Assembly: GCA_038087875.1 (NCBI GenBank)
Contig: CM075987.1
Coordinates: 26,042,001-26,106,000, forward strand
Length of the DNA stretch: 64,000 nt
Reading direction: 5' to 3'
From: Malacoraja senta
Taxonomy: Eukaryota
Shown in pieces: positions 62,508 through 64,000 of this stretch (position 1 is its first letter; every line of letters starts with the position of its first letter). Under the pieces are notes generated by a model, which was not told where the DNA came from, did not search any database, and saw only the letters and a list, made by a program, of their open reading frames with translations. The position numbers and the translations under genes are program-made.

Positions 62508-63297
62508 TTTTTTTGTGTTTCTTTTAAATTTTTTATTTATTAGAAGTACATTACATTACAACCACATACATTAGTACTCGTCACTTATGTCTTCTTACAA
62601 TTAATGTACTCCATTTGTTTTTTACACTAGTAAAAGGAAAGGATAAGATTGAAAGAAAGAAGAAAGTGAAGGAAAAAGTGAGAGTGTAGAAAATGTGACA
62701 ACAAAAAAGGACAAAGACCCTATAAGAACAAAATTAAAAACAAAAGAAAAAGAGTTAAGAAATAGACCCTAGAAAAGAAAGAGAAAGAGAAAGAGAAAAA
62801 AGAGAGAAACAGATATTTTTATGAGCATTACGCAAATGGAACATACCAACTCTCCAACTTTCATCCCCCCTTACCTGACCTCAATTTTTTTAAGGTACCT
62901 TTGCACCCTATATTTGTAATAATTCTATAAATGCAGACCACGTCAGATGGAAGTGATCTGGTTTACCTGCCAGGAGGAGTCTTATCTCTTCTAGGTGTAA
63001 TGTTTCGAACATATTTGAAATCCACATGTTTATAGTTGGTATTGGAGCCTTCTTCCAAAATTTTAGGATTAGCTTTTTTCCAGTTATTAACCCATAGTCT
63101 ATTAGTTTCTTTTGAAACACATTTAGTTCTGGACCATCTTCCGTTATTCCGAAGATAATCCATTCTGCTTTGGGTATCAGTCTTATTTTAAATAATTTTG
63201 TAAAGATTTCGAAAATTTCATTCCAAAATTTTTGAATTTTTGTACAGAAAACAAATGAGTGCGCTATAGTAGCTTCTTGGGATTGACATTTATCACA
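62508..63297 (-). mobile_element. L1-clade 3' fragment with CCHC zinc knuckle
   Basis: CDKCQSQEATIAHSFVFCTKIQKFW...GKKLILKFWK; TSD AGTCCGAG(C/A)GCATTGT (62492-62507, 63298-63313). Confidence 0.85.
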
Positions 63298-63564
63298 AGT
63301 CCGAGAGCATTGTATCGGGATTCATCACAGCTTGGTTTAGGAACAGTTCCATCCAGGTTCATGGGCATGGTAAAATTGTCAATTGACCCTAGTGTGGGCA
63401 GATAGTGTTGATGCAACTGGTCGGCACAGATGCGGTGGGCCAAAGGGCCTGTTTCCGTGCTGTATCTCTAAACTAAACTAAAGAGATCTCTACCCATCTC
63501 TTCCCCACCTTAACCACCCTCCCCCCCCCTCCTGTCTGTGGTTTGAATGCGAAGTGGTAGGATA

Positions 63565-63962
63565 TTGTCAGAGTGAGGCTAAATGCAAATTGGAGGAACA
63601 GCATCTCATATTTCGCTTGGGCAGCTTACAACCCAGTGGTGTGAGTATTGATTTCTCTCACTTCAAGTAACCCTTGCATTCCCTCTCTCTCTCTCCCTCC
63701 CCCACCCAAGACGCGCCAGCTTCTTGTTCTCACCCAGCAAACAGATAACAGTGGCCTGTTTCCTTTATCATCATTACCTTTTTGCATATCTTTCATTCAT
63801 TTATTCTATATATCTCTCTCTCTCCATCACCGTCTATATCTCTCGTTTCCCTCTCCCCTGACTCTCTGTCTGAAGAAAGGTCTCGACCCGAAACGTCACC
63901 CAATCCTTCTCTCCAGGAGATGCTGCCTGTCCCGCTGAGTTACTCCAGCATTTTGTGTCTCT
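63565..63962 (+). mobile_element. Penelope-like 3' fragment
   Basis: CQSEAKCKLEEQHLIFRLGSL then terminal repeat with hammerhead motif. Confidence 0.8.
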
Positions 63963-64000
63963 GTTGGGATATTATCTTCTGAGTTGTAACGTCCCTGTGA

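Overview
Repeat-dominated vertebrate DNA, inferred from the repeat families to be cartilaginous fish, probably skate or ray. I found no host protein-coding exon, so the window is intergenic or deep intronic. It holds about 25 tRNA-derived HE1-type V-SINEs, several CR1 LINE families, young L2 and Rex1 LINEs (one 633-aa open RT frame), L1 3' fragments with TSDs, RTE and Vingi-like 3' ends, ancient Deu-domain SINE relics, a rearranged Gypsy relic, hAT and Harbinger-like MITEs, a long CT tract and a 200-N gap. The most notable structure is a dense set of Penelope-like element ends. They carry a minimal hammerhead-ribozyme motif (CTGAAGA-A-stem II-GAAACGTC), and many form 170-320 bp fold-back units with 12-14 bp target-site duplications and inversion points near the ribozyme core. 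Family names come from remembered motifs, not database searches; repeat boundaries are approximate unless a TSD is quoted.
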